A stretch of 60,798 bases of DNA from Streptosporangiaceae bacterium (lineage in GTDB: Bacteria; Actinomycetota; Actinomycetes; Streptosporangiales; Streptosporangiaceae). The DNA is taken from positions 1 to 60,798 of the forward strand of contig DAIOWC010000005.1 of the NCBI GenBank assembly GCA_036758685.1, written 5' to 3'. Below the pieces are notes generated by a model, which had not been told where the DNA came from, made no database searches, and was given only the letters and a program-made list of their open reading frames with translations. The position numbers and the translations under genes are program-made. Position 1 is the stretch's first letter. Each line of letters starts with the position of its first letter. This document shows, one piece after another, positions 17,448 to 26,596 of this stretch.

Positions 17448-19371
17448 GACGACTCTCACCGAGCGGCTGCTCTATACCGCCGGTGTCATCGACCAGCTCG
17501 GCAGCGTCGACGCGGGCACGACGCTGACCGACTCGCTCGCGCTGGAGCGACAGCGCGGGATAACTATCAAGTCCGCCGTTGCGTCGTTCCCGGTCGGGGA
17601 CGTCACCGTCAACCTGATTGATACGCCTGGCCACCCCGACTTCATCGCCGAGGTGGAGCGCGTGCTCAGCGTCCTCGACGGTGCCGTGCTCGTGGTCTCC
17701 GCCGTCGAAGGCGTGCAGCCGCAGACGCGGGTGCTGATGCGCTCGCTGCAGCGCCTGCGGATCCCGACGCTCCTGTTCGTGAACAAGATCGACCGGGCGG
17801 GCGCGGATGCCAGGCGCGTGCTGCACGCGATCGGCCAGCGCCTCCGGCTGACGACCATCGCGATGGGGAGCACGCAGGGTCTCGGGACCCGCGGGGCTGA
17901 CTTCACCCCATCGGGCGCCGGGGACGCGGAGTTCGTGGCCCGGCTGACCGAGGTGCTCGCCGACGGCGATGACCGGCTCCTCGCCGCGTACGTTGCCGGC
18001 GACGCGCCGATCTCCTACGGCCGGCTTCGCCAGGGGCTGGCGGCGCAGACGGCCAGCGGGCTGGTCTATCCGGTGTTCTTCGGCTCGGCCATGACCGGGG
18101 CGGGCACCGAGCAGCTGATGGCCGCGATCGCGGAACTGCTGCCGGCCACGGTGCCTGACCCCGGCGGGCCGGTCGCGGGCAGCGTGTTCAAGATCGAGCG
18201 GGGCGGCGGCGGCGAGAAGGTTGCGTTCGTCAGGCTGTCCTCGGGCACGGTGCGGGCTCGCGACCGGCTGCGCTTCGGCGCCGGCGGGGAGGACAAGGTG
18301 ACCTCGATCGCGGTCTTCGCGGACGGATCCGCGGCGCCGAGACCGGCCGTCGTCGCCGGCGAGATCGGCAAGCTCTGGGGCCTGGCCGACGTGCGGATCG
18401 GCGATCGCATCGGCCCGTCGGCAGGCAGCGGCGTCCGGCACGAGTTTCCACCGCCGACGCTGGAGTCTGTCGTGGCTGCCACGGACCGGGCCGACGGGTC
18501 GCGGCTGAGCGTCGCGCTTGGCCAGCTGGCCGAGCAGGACCCGCTCATCAACGTCCGCCAGGACGACGAGCGGAACGAGATCGCAGTGTCGCTGTACGGC
18601 GAGGTCCAGAAGGAGGTCATCCAGGCAACGCTGGCGCTGGACTACGGCATCGAGGTCACCTTCGGCGAGACGACGATGATCTGCATCGAGCGCCCGGCGG
18701 GCCGCGGCCGTGCGGTCGAGGTCCTGCAATCGGATGATCACCCGTACTCGGCGACCGTGGGCCTGCTCATCGAGCCGGGACCCGCGGGCTCAGGCCTGGT
18801 GGTCCGGCTCGACGTCGACCCGCGGCTGCTGCCGCTGTACATCTACAAGACCGCGGCCAGCTTCGCCGCGGCGATGACGCAGTACGTCAGCGCCGCGCTG
18901 GCGGAAGGCCGGCGCGGCTGGCGGGTCACGGACGCGGTCGTGACCATGTACGAGTGCGCCTACTACGTCGGGGACGGGCCGGGCAAGCGCATCCTCGCCA
19001 CGCCCCGCACGACGGCGGCCGACTTCCGGATGCTGACCCCGCTGGTCATGGCGCGCGCGCTCAAACTGGCGGGAACCGTCGTCTGCGAGCCGATGGCGCT
19101 GGTCGCTCTCGAGCTGCCCGCCGACCGGATGGGCGCGGTGCTGGCGGTCCTCACCCGCCTCGGCGCCACGCTCGAGACTCCGTCGCTGCGGGGCGAGGTC
19201 GCAACGATCGGGGCGCAGCTTCCGGCGGCTCAGGTGCACCGCCTGCAGCAGCAGCTGCCCGGCCTGAGCGGCGGCGAGGGCGTGATGGACACGAGTTTCG
19301 GCGGGTACCAGCCGGTGCGAGGCCGCGAGCCATCCCGCCGCAGAAGCGGACGAATGGTGCGTAAATCGTAA
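17395..19371 (+). CDS. TetM/TetO/OtrA-family ribosomal-protection-like translational GTPase (EF-G paralogue)
   Basis: The start was trimmed to GTG 17395 (SRKTLNLGILAHVDAGKTTL). G motifs AHVDAGKT, DTPGH and NKID are intact, and the size is about 658 aa. Confidence 0.8.
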   Translation: MSRKTLNLGILAHVDAGKTTLTERLLYTAGVIDQLGSVDAGTTLTDSLALERQRGITIKSAVASFPVGDVTVNLIDTPGHPDFIAEVERVLSVLDGAVLVVSAVEGVQPQTRVLMRSLQRLRIPTLLFVNKIDRAGADARRVLHAIGQRLRLTTIAMGSTQGLGTRGADFTPSGAGDAEFVARLTEVLADGDDRLLAAYVAGDAPISYGRLRQGLAAQTASGLVYPVFFGSAMTGAGTEQLMAAIAELLPATVPDPGGPVAGSVFKIERGGGGEKVAFVRLSSGTVRARDRLRFGAGGEDKVTSIAVFADGSAAPRPAVVAGEIGKLWGLADVRIGDRIGPSAGSGVRHEFPPPTLESVVAATDRADGSRLSVALGQLAEQDPLINVRQDDERNEIAVSLYGEVQKEVIQATLALDYGIEVTFGETTMICIERPAGRGRAVEVLQSDDHPYSATVGLLIEPGPAGSGLVVRLDVDPRLLPLYIYKTAASFAAAMTQYVSAALAEGRRGWRVTDAVVTMYECAYYVGDGPGKRILATPRTTAADFRMLTPLVMARALKLAGTVVCEPMALVALELPADRMGAVLAVLTRLGATLETPSLRGEVATIGAQLPAAQVHRLQQQLPGLSGGEGVMDTSFGGYQPVRGREPSRRRSGRMVRKS

Positions 19372-19445
19372 CCGGGTCCGGCGCCGGGCCCGGGCTGAAG
19401 CTGTGCCGTGAGCGGCGAGCCGGGCGGACACCTAATCTTGGCCTT

Positions 19446-22160
19446 ATGAGTTCGCCGGAGAGTCCAGCGGATCGCTATCGGGCCTCCCGGCTCCGCCGGG
19501 AAGCCGACGGGCCACGGCTTGCCGCGTTCCAGCAGCTTTACGGGTTTGAATTTGACCAGTTCCAGCTTGATGCCTGCCGCGCGCTGGACTCCGGCCACGG
19601 CGTGCTCGTGGCCGCCCCGACCGGGTCGGGCAAGACCGTGGTCGGCGAGTTTGCCGTCCACCTGGCGCTCGAGCAGGGCCGCAAGTGCTTCTACACCACG
19701 CCCATCAAGGCGCTGTCCAACCAGAAGTACAACGACCTGGTCAGCCGCTACTCGGCCGCCAGGGTCGGGCTGCTGACCGGGGATAACAGCATCAACGGCG
19801 AGGCGCCGGTAGTCGTCATGACCACCGAGGTGCTGCGGAACATGCTGTACGCCGGCTCACTGACCCTCGACGGGCTGGCCTACGTGGTCCTCGATGAGGT
19901 TCACTACCTGGCCGACCGGCTGCGCGGCGCCGTCTGGGAGGAGGTGATCATCCAGCTGCCGGAGTCCGTGCAGGTCGTCGCGCTCTCCGCGACGGTCAGC
20001 AATGCGGAAGAGTTCGGCGACTGGCTGCGCCAGGTGCGCGGCGGCACGTCCGTGATCGTCGACGAGACCAGGCCGGTGCCGCTGTGGCAGCACATGCTCG
20101 CGGGCCGGCGGCTCTTCGATCTCTTCGCTACGAACGGGGCGGTCAATCCGGAGCTGCGCCGCCTGGCGCAGCGCGATCAGCGCGGGAGCAGGCCTCCTCG
20201 CGGCCGGCCGGGCGCCGGTCGCAGTAGTCACCGGCCCGCCGCTTTCCGCCCGCCGCGGCGGCCGGATGTCATCGAGCGCCTGGATGCCGAGGGCCTGCTG
20301 CCGGCCATCACGTTCATCTTCAGCCGCGCCGGCTGCGACGCCGCCGTGCAGCAGTGCCTGGTGGCCGGGCTGCGGCTGACCACGCCGGATGAGGCCGACG
20401 AGATCAGCGAGGTGGCCCGCGCCCGGACGGAGTGGCTGAGCGAGAGCGACCGGCTCGTGCTCGGGTATTCCGACTGGCTGACCGGGCTGCGCCGGGGCAT
20501 CGCGGCCCATCACGCCGGCCTGCTGCCGACGTTCAAGGAGGTTGTCGAGCAGCTCTTCGCGGCCGGGCTGATCCGCGCCGTGTTCGCGACCGAGACGCTG
20601 GCGCTCGGCATCAACATGCCCGCCAGGACCGTGGTGATCGAGAAGCTGGATAAGTGGAACGGCGAGCACCACGCTGAGCTCACCCCCGGCGAGTACACGC
20701 AGCTCACCGGCCGGGCCGGCCGGCGCGGCATCGATGTGGAAGGGCACGCGGTCGTCCTCTGGCAGCCGGACATGAACCCGGTCGCGGTCGCGGGCCTCGC
20801 GGGCACCCGTACCTATCCGCTCAACTCCAGCTTCCGGCCGACGTACAACATGGCCGTGAACCTGGTCGGCCAGGTCGGGCGGGCGCGGGCGGCCAAGCTG
20901 CTCGAGTCGTCGTTCGCGCAGTTCCAGGCCGACCGCGGCGTCGTCGGGATGGCCCGGCAGGCGGCCAAGCTCCGGTCACAGGTCACCGCCATCACGGCCA
21001 GCTGCGACGAAGGCGACCTGGAATCCTACGACGCGATCCGGCGCGAGCTCGGCGAGCTCGAGCGCAACGAGGCTCGGCAGCGCTCGGCCTCCCGGCGCGC
21101 GGAGGCGATCAGCTCGCTCGCGGCGCTGCGGCGCGGCGACATCATCAGCGTCCCTGCCGGGCGCCAGTCGGGGGTCGCCGTGGTCCTCGAACCGGGCACC
21201 GGACCGGACGGCCTGCCGCTGCCGCTGGTGCTGACCGCGGGCCGGCAGGTCAGGCGCCTGTCGGTGGCCGATTTCCCGATCCCGGCCGTGCCCGTGGAGC
21301 GAATCAGGATCCCGAACTGGTTCAGCCCGCGCTCGCCCTCGAACCGTCGCGACCTGGCCTCCACGGTCAGGAACAAGGTGGCGGGGATCGACCTGCCCCG
21401 GCATCGCCGGGCGACCGGCCACAGCGAAGACGGCGAGGCGGCGATCGCCTCGCTGCGACGGCGACTGCGCCAGCATCCCTGCCACGGCTGTCCTGATTTG
21501 CAGCTCCACCTGCGCGATCTGGAGCGGCGGGCGCGGCTCGAGCGCGAGGCCGCCACCGTGGAGCAGCGGGTGTCGGGACGGTCGCACGTGCTGGCCCGCA
21601 CGTTCGGCCGAGTGTGCACCGTGCTCGAGAAGCTCGGCTATCTCGCCGACGACGAGGTGACGCCGGAGGGCAGGCGGCTGGCCGCGCTGTACACCGAGCT
21701 GGACCTGCTGGCCGCCGAGTGCCTGCGCCGGGGCACCTGGGCGGGCCTGCCGCCCGCCGAGCTGGCGGCGTGCGTCTCGGCACTGACGTTCGAGTCGCGC
21801 CGCCCGGACGAGGCGGCCGCGCCGCGGCTGCCGCAGGGCCGGGCGCGCGAGGTGCTCGCGTCGATGGTCAGCGTCTGGGGCGAGCTGTCGGCGCTGGAGA
21901 GGGATCAGAACCTGTCGTTCCTGCGCGAGCCCGACCTCGGTTTTGCCTGGACCGTCAATGCCTGGGCGCGCGGCACGGCGCTGGACAAGCTGGTCAGTTC
22001 CGACCTGACCGCCGGAGACTTCGTCCGGGCGATCAAGCAGCTGATTGACCTGCTCGGCCAGCTCGCGGTCGCCGACGCCGGCGGCGAACTGGCCGGCACG
22101 GCGCGGGCGGCGATGGACGCGCTCCGGCGCGGCGTGGTCGCCTACTCGCCGGTCGGCTAA
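19446..22160 (+). CDS. helY: Ski2-like DEAD/DEAH-box RNA helicase HelY
   Basis: 904 aa with motif I APTGSGKT, DEVH, SAT and a C-terminal DSHCT-like region. Synteny with tatC is as in mycobacteria. Confidence 0.9.
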   Translation: MSSPESPADRYRASRLRREADGPRLAAFQQLYGFEFDQFQLDACRALDSGHGVLVAAPTGSGKTVVGEFAVHLALEQGRKCFYTTPIKALSNQKYNDLVSRYSAARVGLLTGDNSINGEAPVVVMTTEVLRNMLYAGSLTLDGLAYVVLDEVHYLADRLRGAVWEEVIIQLPESVQVVALSATVSNAEEFGDWLRQVRGGTSVIVDETRPVPLWQHMLAGRRLFDLFATNGAVNPELRRLAQRDQRGSRPPRGRPGAGRSSHRPAAFRPPRRPDVIERLDAEGLLPAITFIFSRAGCDAAVQQCLVAGLRLTTPDEADEISEVARARTEWLSESDRLVLGYSDWLTGLRRGIAAHHAGLLPTFKEVVEQLFAAGLIRAVFATETLALGINMPARTVVIEKLDKWNGEHHAELTPGEYTQLTGRAGRRGIDVEGHAVVLWQPDMNPVAVAGLAGTRTYPLNSSFRPTYNMAVNLVGQVGRARAAKLLESSFAQFQADRGVVGMARQAAKLRSQVTAITASCDEGDLESYDAIRRELGELERNEARQRSASRRAEAISSLAALRRGDIISVPAGRQSGVAVVLEPGTGPDGLPLPLVLTAGRQVRRLSVADFPIPAVPVERIRIPNWFSPRSPSNRRDLASTVRNKVAGIDLPRHRRATGHSEDGEAAIASLRRRLRQHPCHGCPDLQLHLRDLERRARLEREAATVEQRVSGRSHVLARTFGRVCTVLEKLGYLADDEVTPEGRRLAALYTELDLLAAECLRRGTWAGLPPAELAACVSALTFESRRPDEAAAPRLPQGRAREVLASMVSVWGELSALERDQNLSFLREPDLGFAWTVNAWARGTALDKLVSSDLTAGDFVRAIKQLIDLLGQLAVADAGGELAGTARAAMDALRRGVVAYSPVG

Positions 22161-22206
22161 CGGAACGGGCCTGGATTGGCTGGCGGGACAGGCGCAGGGC
22201 GGGCGG

Positions 22207-22758
22207 TCAGCGGGCGCGCGCGATGACCGGCAGGTCGTAGGTGCGCCGGATGCTGCTGCCGAGCCGGGTGATGTCGGCGCCGTAGATATTGATAGAGATC
22301 GAGACGTCGTCGCCGCGGTTCGCGACCCGATGGATGTCACCGGGCGGGGCGAAGCCGCTGACATTGCCGACGCCGTTCCGGTTGCGGCCGACCTGCACCA
22401 GGTGGCTGCCGTCGGCAGCGAGGGAGTACAGCTCCTCGTACTCGGCACCCTGGATCACGCCGACCACGCACCAGGCGACGTGATCATGGATTGGGGTCAC
22501 CTGGCCGGGGCGCCAGACCGCCGCGACCACGGAGAATGACCCGTCCGGCTCGACGTGCAGGGTGTGGCAGCAGTAGCAGTCGAGGCCGCCTGCCCGTTCC
22601 TCGTCGGTCAGGATCTCCGGGCCGGGCAGGTTCCTGGCCAGGGCCCGCGCGACTAGCTGGGCGGTCTGTGACCAGTCGCGATGCTGGCGGGTAGCCGCCT
22701 GGACGTCCGCCACCAGGCCAGCCGGGCACCGGCTGCGAACCGGCGTGATCACGGTCAT
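22207..22758 (-). CDS. Cysteine dioxygenase type I-like cupin
   Basis: 183 aa with the cupin motif TPIHDHVAWCVVGVIQGAEYEELY. SD aggagg is present. Confidence 0.75.
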   Translation of the reverse strand: MTVITPVRSRCPAGLVADVQAATRQHRDWSQTAQLVARALARNLPGPEILTDEERAGGLDCYCCHTLHVEPDGSFSVVAAVWRPGQVTPIHDHVAWCVVGVIQGAEYEELYSLAADGSHLVQVGRNRNGVGNVSGFAPPGDIHRVANRGDDVSISINIYGADITRLGSSIRRTYDLPVIARAR

Positions 22759-22868
22759 GGCGGGCCTCCTGCCGCTGCTAAGTGGTGATCTTCAGGTCTA
22801 CCCCAGCCTAGGGACTCATCACCATGAGGCTCCAATGCCAATGCTCCATGGATCCATAGAGGGCAAAT

Positions 22869-23831
22869 ATGAATGAAGGAAGGCGTCCGGCGGCCGGCGC
22901 GGCCTGGCAGGATGCCGGCATGGGCACCGTCATGCTGCTGGATTCCGCGTCGATGTACTTCCGGGCCTTCTACGGCGTGCCCGAAACCATGACCGCTCCC
23001 GACGGCATGCCGGTCAATGCCGTGCGCGGCTTCCTCGACATGATCACCAGGCTGGTCCGCGGCCGGCGCCCGGCCCAGCTCATCGCCTGCATGGACGCGA
23101 GCTGGCGGCCCGCGTTCCGGGTCGCGGCCATCCCCTCCTACAAGGCTCACCGGGCGAATCCCGACGGCTCCGAGCAAGTCCCGCCTGCGCTCAACGCACA
23201 GATCCCGGTCATCACTGATGTCCTGGCTGCGGCCGGGGTGAAGACGGCCGGAGCGACCGGGTACGAGGCCGACGACATCATCGGCACGCTGGCGGCCCAG
23301 GCCGACCAGCCGGTCGAGGTCGTGACCGGGGACCGGGACCTGTTCCAGGTGGTCGACGACTCCCGCGGCGTCCGGGTGGCCTACATCGGCAAGGGTGTAG
23401 CCAACCTCCAGATCATGGATGAAGCGGCTATAACGGCGAAATACCAGATACCAGGCAGGTCATACGCGTCGTTCGCCGCCCTGCGCGGCGACCCGAGCGA
23501 TGGGCTCCCCGGCGTGCCCGGCGTGGGGGAGAAGACGGCGGCGGCCCTGATCCGGGTGTTCGGCTCGGTGGAGGGCATCCTGGCCGCCCTCGATGGGGGC
23601 CACGGCGGATTCCCCGTCGGGAGCCGGGCGAAGCTCGTCGCGGCCAGGAAGTACCTGGACGCCTGTATGCCCGTCGTCAGCGTCGCGACGGACGCCCCGG
23701 TGTCCGCCGACGGCGGCTGGCTGCCTTCCACGGTCGCCGATCCGGCGCGCGTGGCTGAGCTCGACCGGCGCTACGACCTGGACAGCTCCCTGGCCCGGAT
23801 GCTGTCCGCCCTGGCCGCTGCGCCCGCCTAG
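22869..23831 (+). CDS. 5'-3' exonuclease (Pol I N-terminal/FEN-like)
   Basis: 320 aa with MLLDSASMYFRAFYG, GYEADDIIGT and H3TH GVPGVGEKTAA. An alternative start is at 22920. Confidence 0.88.
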   Translation: MNEGRRPAAGAAWQDAGMGTVMLLDSASMYFRAFYGVPETMTAPDGMPVNAVRGFLDMITRLVRGRRPAQLIACMDASWRPAFRVAAIPSYKAHRANPDGSEQVPPALNAQIPVITDVLAAAGVKTAGATGYEADDIIGTLAAQADQPVEVVTGDRDLFQVVDDSRGVRVAYIGKGVANLQIMDEAAITAKYQIPGRSYASFAALRGDPSDGLPGVPGVGEKTAAALIRVFGSVEGILAALDGGHGGFPVGSRAKLVAARKYLDACMPVVSVATDAPVSADGGWLPSTVADPARVAELDRRYDLDSSLARMLSALAAAPA

Positions 23832-23875
23832 GTGTGGAACTTCACTGTCGCTAGGGCGACAGTGAACTTCCACAC
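23832..23875. terminator. Large hairpin between convergent genes (bidirectional terminator candidate)
   Basis: 20-nt arms gtgtggaacttcactgtcgc / gcgacagtgaacttccacac (19 of 20 paired) with a 4-nt loop. It begins the nucleotide after the exonuclease stop codon. Confidence 0.6.
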
Positions 23876-23887
23876 CTCGTCGCGGCG

Positions 23888-24118
23888 TCAGTTCCAGTTG
23901 TCGATTTTCACGTCGTCGGGATCCGGAGCACCCTGGCCGGTTTCGAGCAGCGACTTCAGGCTCATCAGGAAGATCGCCCACCTTGTGCTGCAGTGGTGCA
24001 TGAACTCGACGGGCTCCGGCCAGCCCTGGTGCTGGAAGAGCACAATGGCGTACTCGTCGGCCTGGCAGAGCTTCCACTCCACCGGGGTGCCGATCCACTC
24101 CGGCGGACCGTCCGTCAC
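23888..24118 (-). pseudogene. SRPBCC/AHSA1-like protein, C-terminal half only (probable gene remnant)
   Basis: The 76-aa ORF (...PEWIGTPVEWKL...FQHQGWPEP...CSTRWAIFLMSLKSLLETGQGAPDPDDVKIDNWN) resembles the C-terminal half of SRPBCC proteins of about 150 aa. No N-terminal half is present upstream. Confidence 0.45.
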
Positions 24119-24125
24119 GGGCTCG

Positions 24126-24175
24126 TGATCACGCGGGTTTTGAGGGCCCCGGACCCCGCAAAACCCGCGTGATCA
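24126..24175. repeat. Perfect 16-bp inverted repeat with an 18-nt loop
   Basis: tgatcacgcgggtttt-gagggccccggaccccgc-aaaacccgcgtgatca. The right arm contains the PP2C stop codon. The loop (ccccggaccccgc) resembles the 3' half of the GC-hairpin repeat. Confidence 0.65.
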
Positions 24176-25330
24176 TGGAGCCGACGTCTGTGGGGTCTCG
24201 CCGAGCGGCCTGCCGTCGGTCCCGTCGTCGATGATCTGCAGCGCGACGAGACAGGTGTCGTCCTCGGGGTCGGTGGTGCCGAGGGCGCCGAGCGCGGCGG
24301 CGATGGCCAGCTCGGGGTCGGCGATGTCTCTGACTGCCATGAGCAGTGTCTCCAGGCCCTCGTCGATCGAGCGGTCGCGGCGCTCCACCAGGCCATCGCT
24401 GTACAGCAACAGGAGGTCACCGGGCTGGAGCTGGACCGTGGCGGCGGTGTAGCCGTCGCTGCTGGCGCCGAGGAGGATGCCGTCGGGCTGGGGAAGCGTC
24501 CTGGCCCACGGGCCGCGGATCAGCACCGGCGGCGGATGCCCGGCCTGCGCCCAGGTAAGCATCTTGCTGACGGGGTCGAAGTAGCCCGCGACCACCGAGG
24601 CCGTGTGCTCGAGGCCGACGTGGCGGGCAAGGTCGTTCAGCCAGCCGACCAGCTGCTCGGGCGGGGCCCCGGTGATCGACAGCCCGGCCAGGGCGCCGCG
24701 CAGCCTCGCCATCCCGGCGGCGGCGGTCAGGCCGTGCCCGGCCACATCGCCGATCGCCAGGAGTACGTGCCCGCCCGGGAGCTCGGCGGCGATATACCAG
24801 TCGCCGCCGACCCGGCTGGCGCTGGAGGCCGGCAAATACCTGACCACCGCGCGCAGGCCGGGAAGCTCGAACGGCTCGTCGTGCAGCGGCAGGATGGCGC
24901 GCTGGAGCTCCAGCGTTACGTGGCGCTGCATGGCCAGCTCGGCGGTGAGGCGGGCGCGGCTGCCCTGGCGGGTATGCGAGTCGCCGGGCTCGGGGACCAG
25001 CTCTTCGAGCGGGGGCAGGGCCGCGGCGAGGGTCGCGCCCCGGGCCTGCCGGAGCGCGGTGTCCTGCCCGGCGGTCTCCGCTGGCGGCGGCTCGCCCGGA
25101 CCAGAGGAGGAAACGGGCTCGGGTGGCGCCGGTTCGGGCATTGCGGCCTCCAGCCGGGCGCTGTCGCGCCCGGCGGCCTGTCGACCGGAGTTGGCCGTGC
25201 TGGTCGGGGGAGTGCTGGCCTGGCTGGCGCTGATCTCGGTCAGGCCGGCCTTCGAGGACCTGGATAGCAGGGACCGAGCCGCCGTGCCCGGGCGGCTTGT
25301 GGGTACTTGCGCTGTATCCCTGGTCGCCAT
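24173..25330 (-). CDS. PP2C/SpoIIE-family serine phosphatase with a disordered N-terminus
   Basis: 385 aa. The C-terminal PP2C-like pattern includes GGDWY, GDVAGHG and LLLYSDGLVE. The N-terminus is low-complexity and the start is uncertain. Confidence 0.8.
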   Translation of the reverse strand: MATRDTAQVPTSRPGTAARSLLSRSSKAGLTEISASQASTPPTSTANSGRQAAGRDSARLEAAMPEPAPPEPVSSSGPGEPPPAETAGQDTALRQARGATLAAALPPLEELVPEPGDSHTRQGSRARLTAELAMQRHVTLELQRAILPLHDEPFELPGLRAVVRYLPASSASRVGGDWYIAAELPGGHVLLAIGDVAGHGLTAAAGMARLRGALAGLSITGAPPEQLVGWLNDLARHVGLEHTASVVAGYFDPVSKMLTWAQAGHPPPVLIRGPWARTLPQPDGILLGASSDGYTAATVQLQPGDLLLLYSDGLVERRDRSIDEGLETLLMAVRDIADPELAIAAALGALGTTDPEDDTCLVALQIIDDGTDGRPLGETPQTSAP

Positions 25331-25471
25331 TGTTGGGGTGAACTAGGTCGCCGTGCACCCAGCGTGCGGCATGTCCGGCAGCTCTGTCTAGATGCGGCGG
25401 AGGTCGGCTGAGATGAGATGATGCGCGAGCGGGGCAATGTCGCCCTCGCGGGATGAAAGCTGGAGGACACC

Positions 25472-26596
25472 ATGGCGCACGATCCGGTCAGTGCTGAGCT
25501 CTACCCGGCGGCGAGGATCGGCGAGGTCAGGGACGCGACCGCGGCGGCCGGCCTGGACGCGCTGCTGCTGACTCCGGGTCCGGATCTGCGGTACGTCACC
25601 GGCTACGACGCCCACGAGAGCGAGCGGCTGACCTGCCTCGTAATGCCCGCCGACGGCGACCCGCTGCTGGTCGTGCCGCGGCTTGAGCTGCGGGCGGCGC
25701 TGGCTTCCCCCGCGGGGGGCCTGGGCCTCGAGGTGGTCGGCTGGGATGAGACCGACGATCCGTACGCCGTGGTGGCTGGCCGGCTCGGCCGTCCGGGGAA
25801 GACCGGCCTTGCGGACCGCATGTGGGCGATGATGGTGCTGCGGTTCCGGGCCGCGCTGCCGGAGACGGAGCAGGTCCTCGCGAGTGCCGCGCTGCGGGAG
25901 CTGCGAGAACGCAAGAGCCCGGCCGAGGTCGCCGCGCTGCTGGCCGCGGGCGAGGCGATCGACCGGGTCCATGCTCAGGTGCCTGGCTGGCTCAGGCCGG
26001 GGCGCACCGAGCGTGACGTCGCGGCCGACATCTGCGAGGCGATCGTCGCCGAGGGTCACGTCCGCGCCGACTTCGCGATTGTCGGCTCGGGGCCTAACGG
26101 CGCGAGCCCGCACCACACCGCCGCCGATCGCGTGCTGCAGCCTGGCGACGCGGTCGTGATCGACATCGGCGGGACGATGCCCAGCGGGTACTGCTCGGAC
26201 TGCACCCGGATGTACGCGATTGGCGAGCCGCCAGCCGAGTTCGCGGCCTACTACGCGGTGCTCCGGGCCGCCCAGGAGGCTGCCTGCGAGGCGGTGCGTC
26301 CCGGCGTTCTGGCGGAGGCAGTCGACGCCGCGGCGCGCGAGCCGATCAGCGCGGCGGGATACGGCGAGTACTTCCTCCACCGGACCGGGCACGGCATCGG
26401 CCTGGAGACGCACGAGGACCCGTACATTGTCGCCGGGAACACCAAGCCGCTCGAGCCGGGGCACGCGTTCTCGATCGAGCCCGGCATCTATCCGGGGCCG
26501 CACGGCGCCCGGATCGAGGACATCGTGGTCTGCACCGCGGACGGTTTCCGGCGGCTCAACAACGCGCCGCGCGATCTGATCGTGGTGCCGGCGTGA
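25472..26596 (+). CDS. M24-family Xaa-Pro peptidase / creatinase-prolidase fold hydrolase
   Basis: 374 aa with metal-ligand pattern DIGG...YCSD and HRTGHGIGLETHEDPY. SD ggagga is present. Confidence 0.85.
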   Translation: MAHDPVSAELYPAARIGEVRDATAAAGLDALLLTPGPDLRYVTGYDAHESERLTCLVMPADGDPLLVVPRLELRAALASPAGGLGLEVVGWDETDDPYAVVAGRLGRPGKTGLADRMWAMMVLRFRAALPETEQVLASAALRELRERKSPAEVAALLAAGEAIDRVHAQVPGWLRPGRTERDVAADICEAIVAEGHVRADFAIVGSGPNGASPHHTAADRVLQPGDAVVIDIGGTMPSGYCSDCTRMYAIGEPPAEFAAYYAVLRAAQEAACEAVRPGVLAEAVDAAAREPISAAGYGEYFLHRTGHGIGLETHEDPYIVAGNTKPLEPGHAFSIEPGIYPGPHGARIEDIVVCTADGFRRLNNAPRDLIVVPA

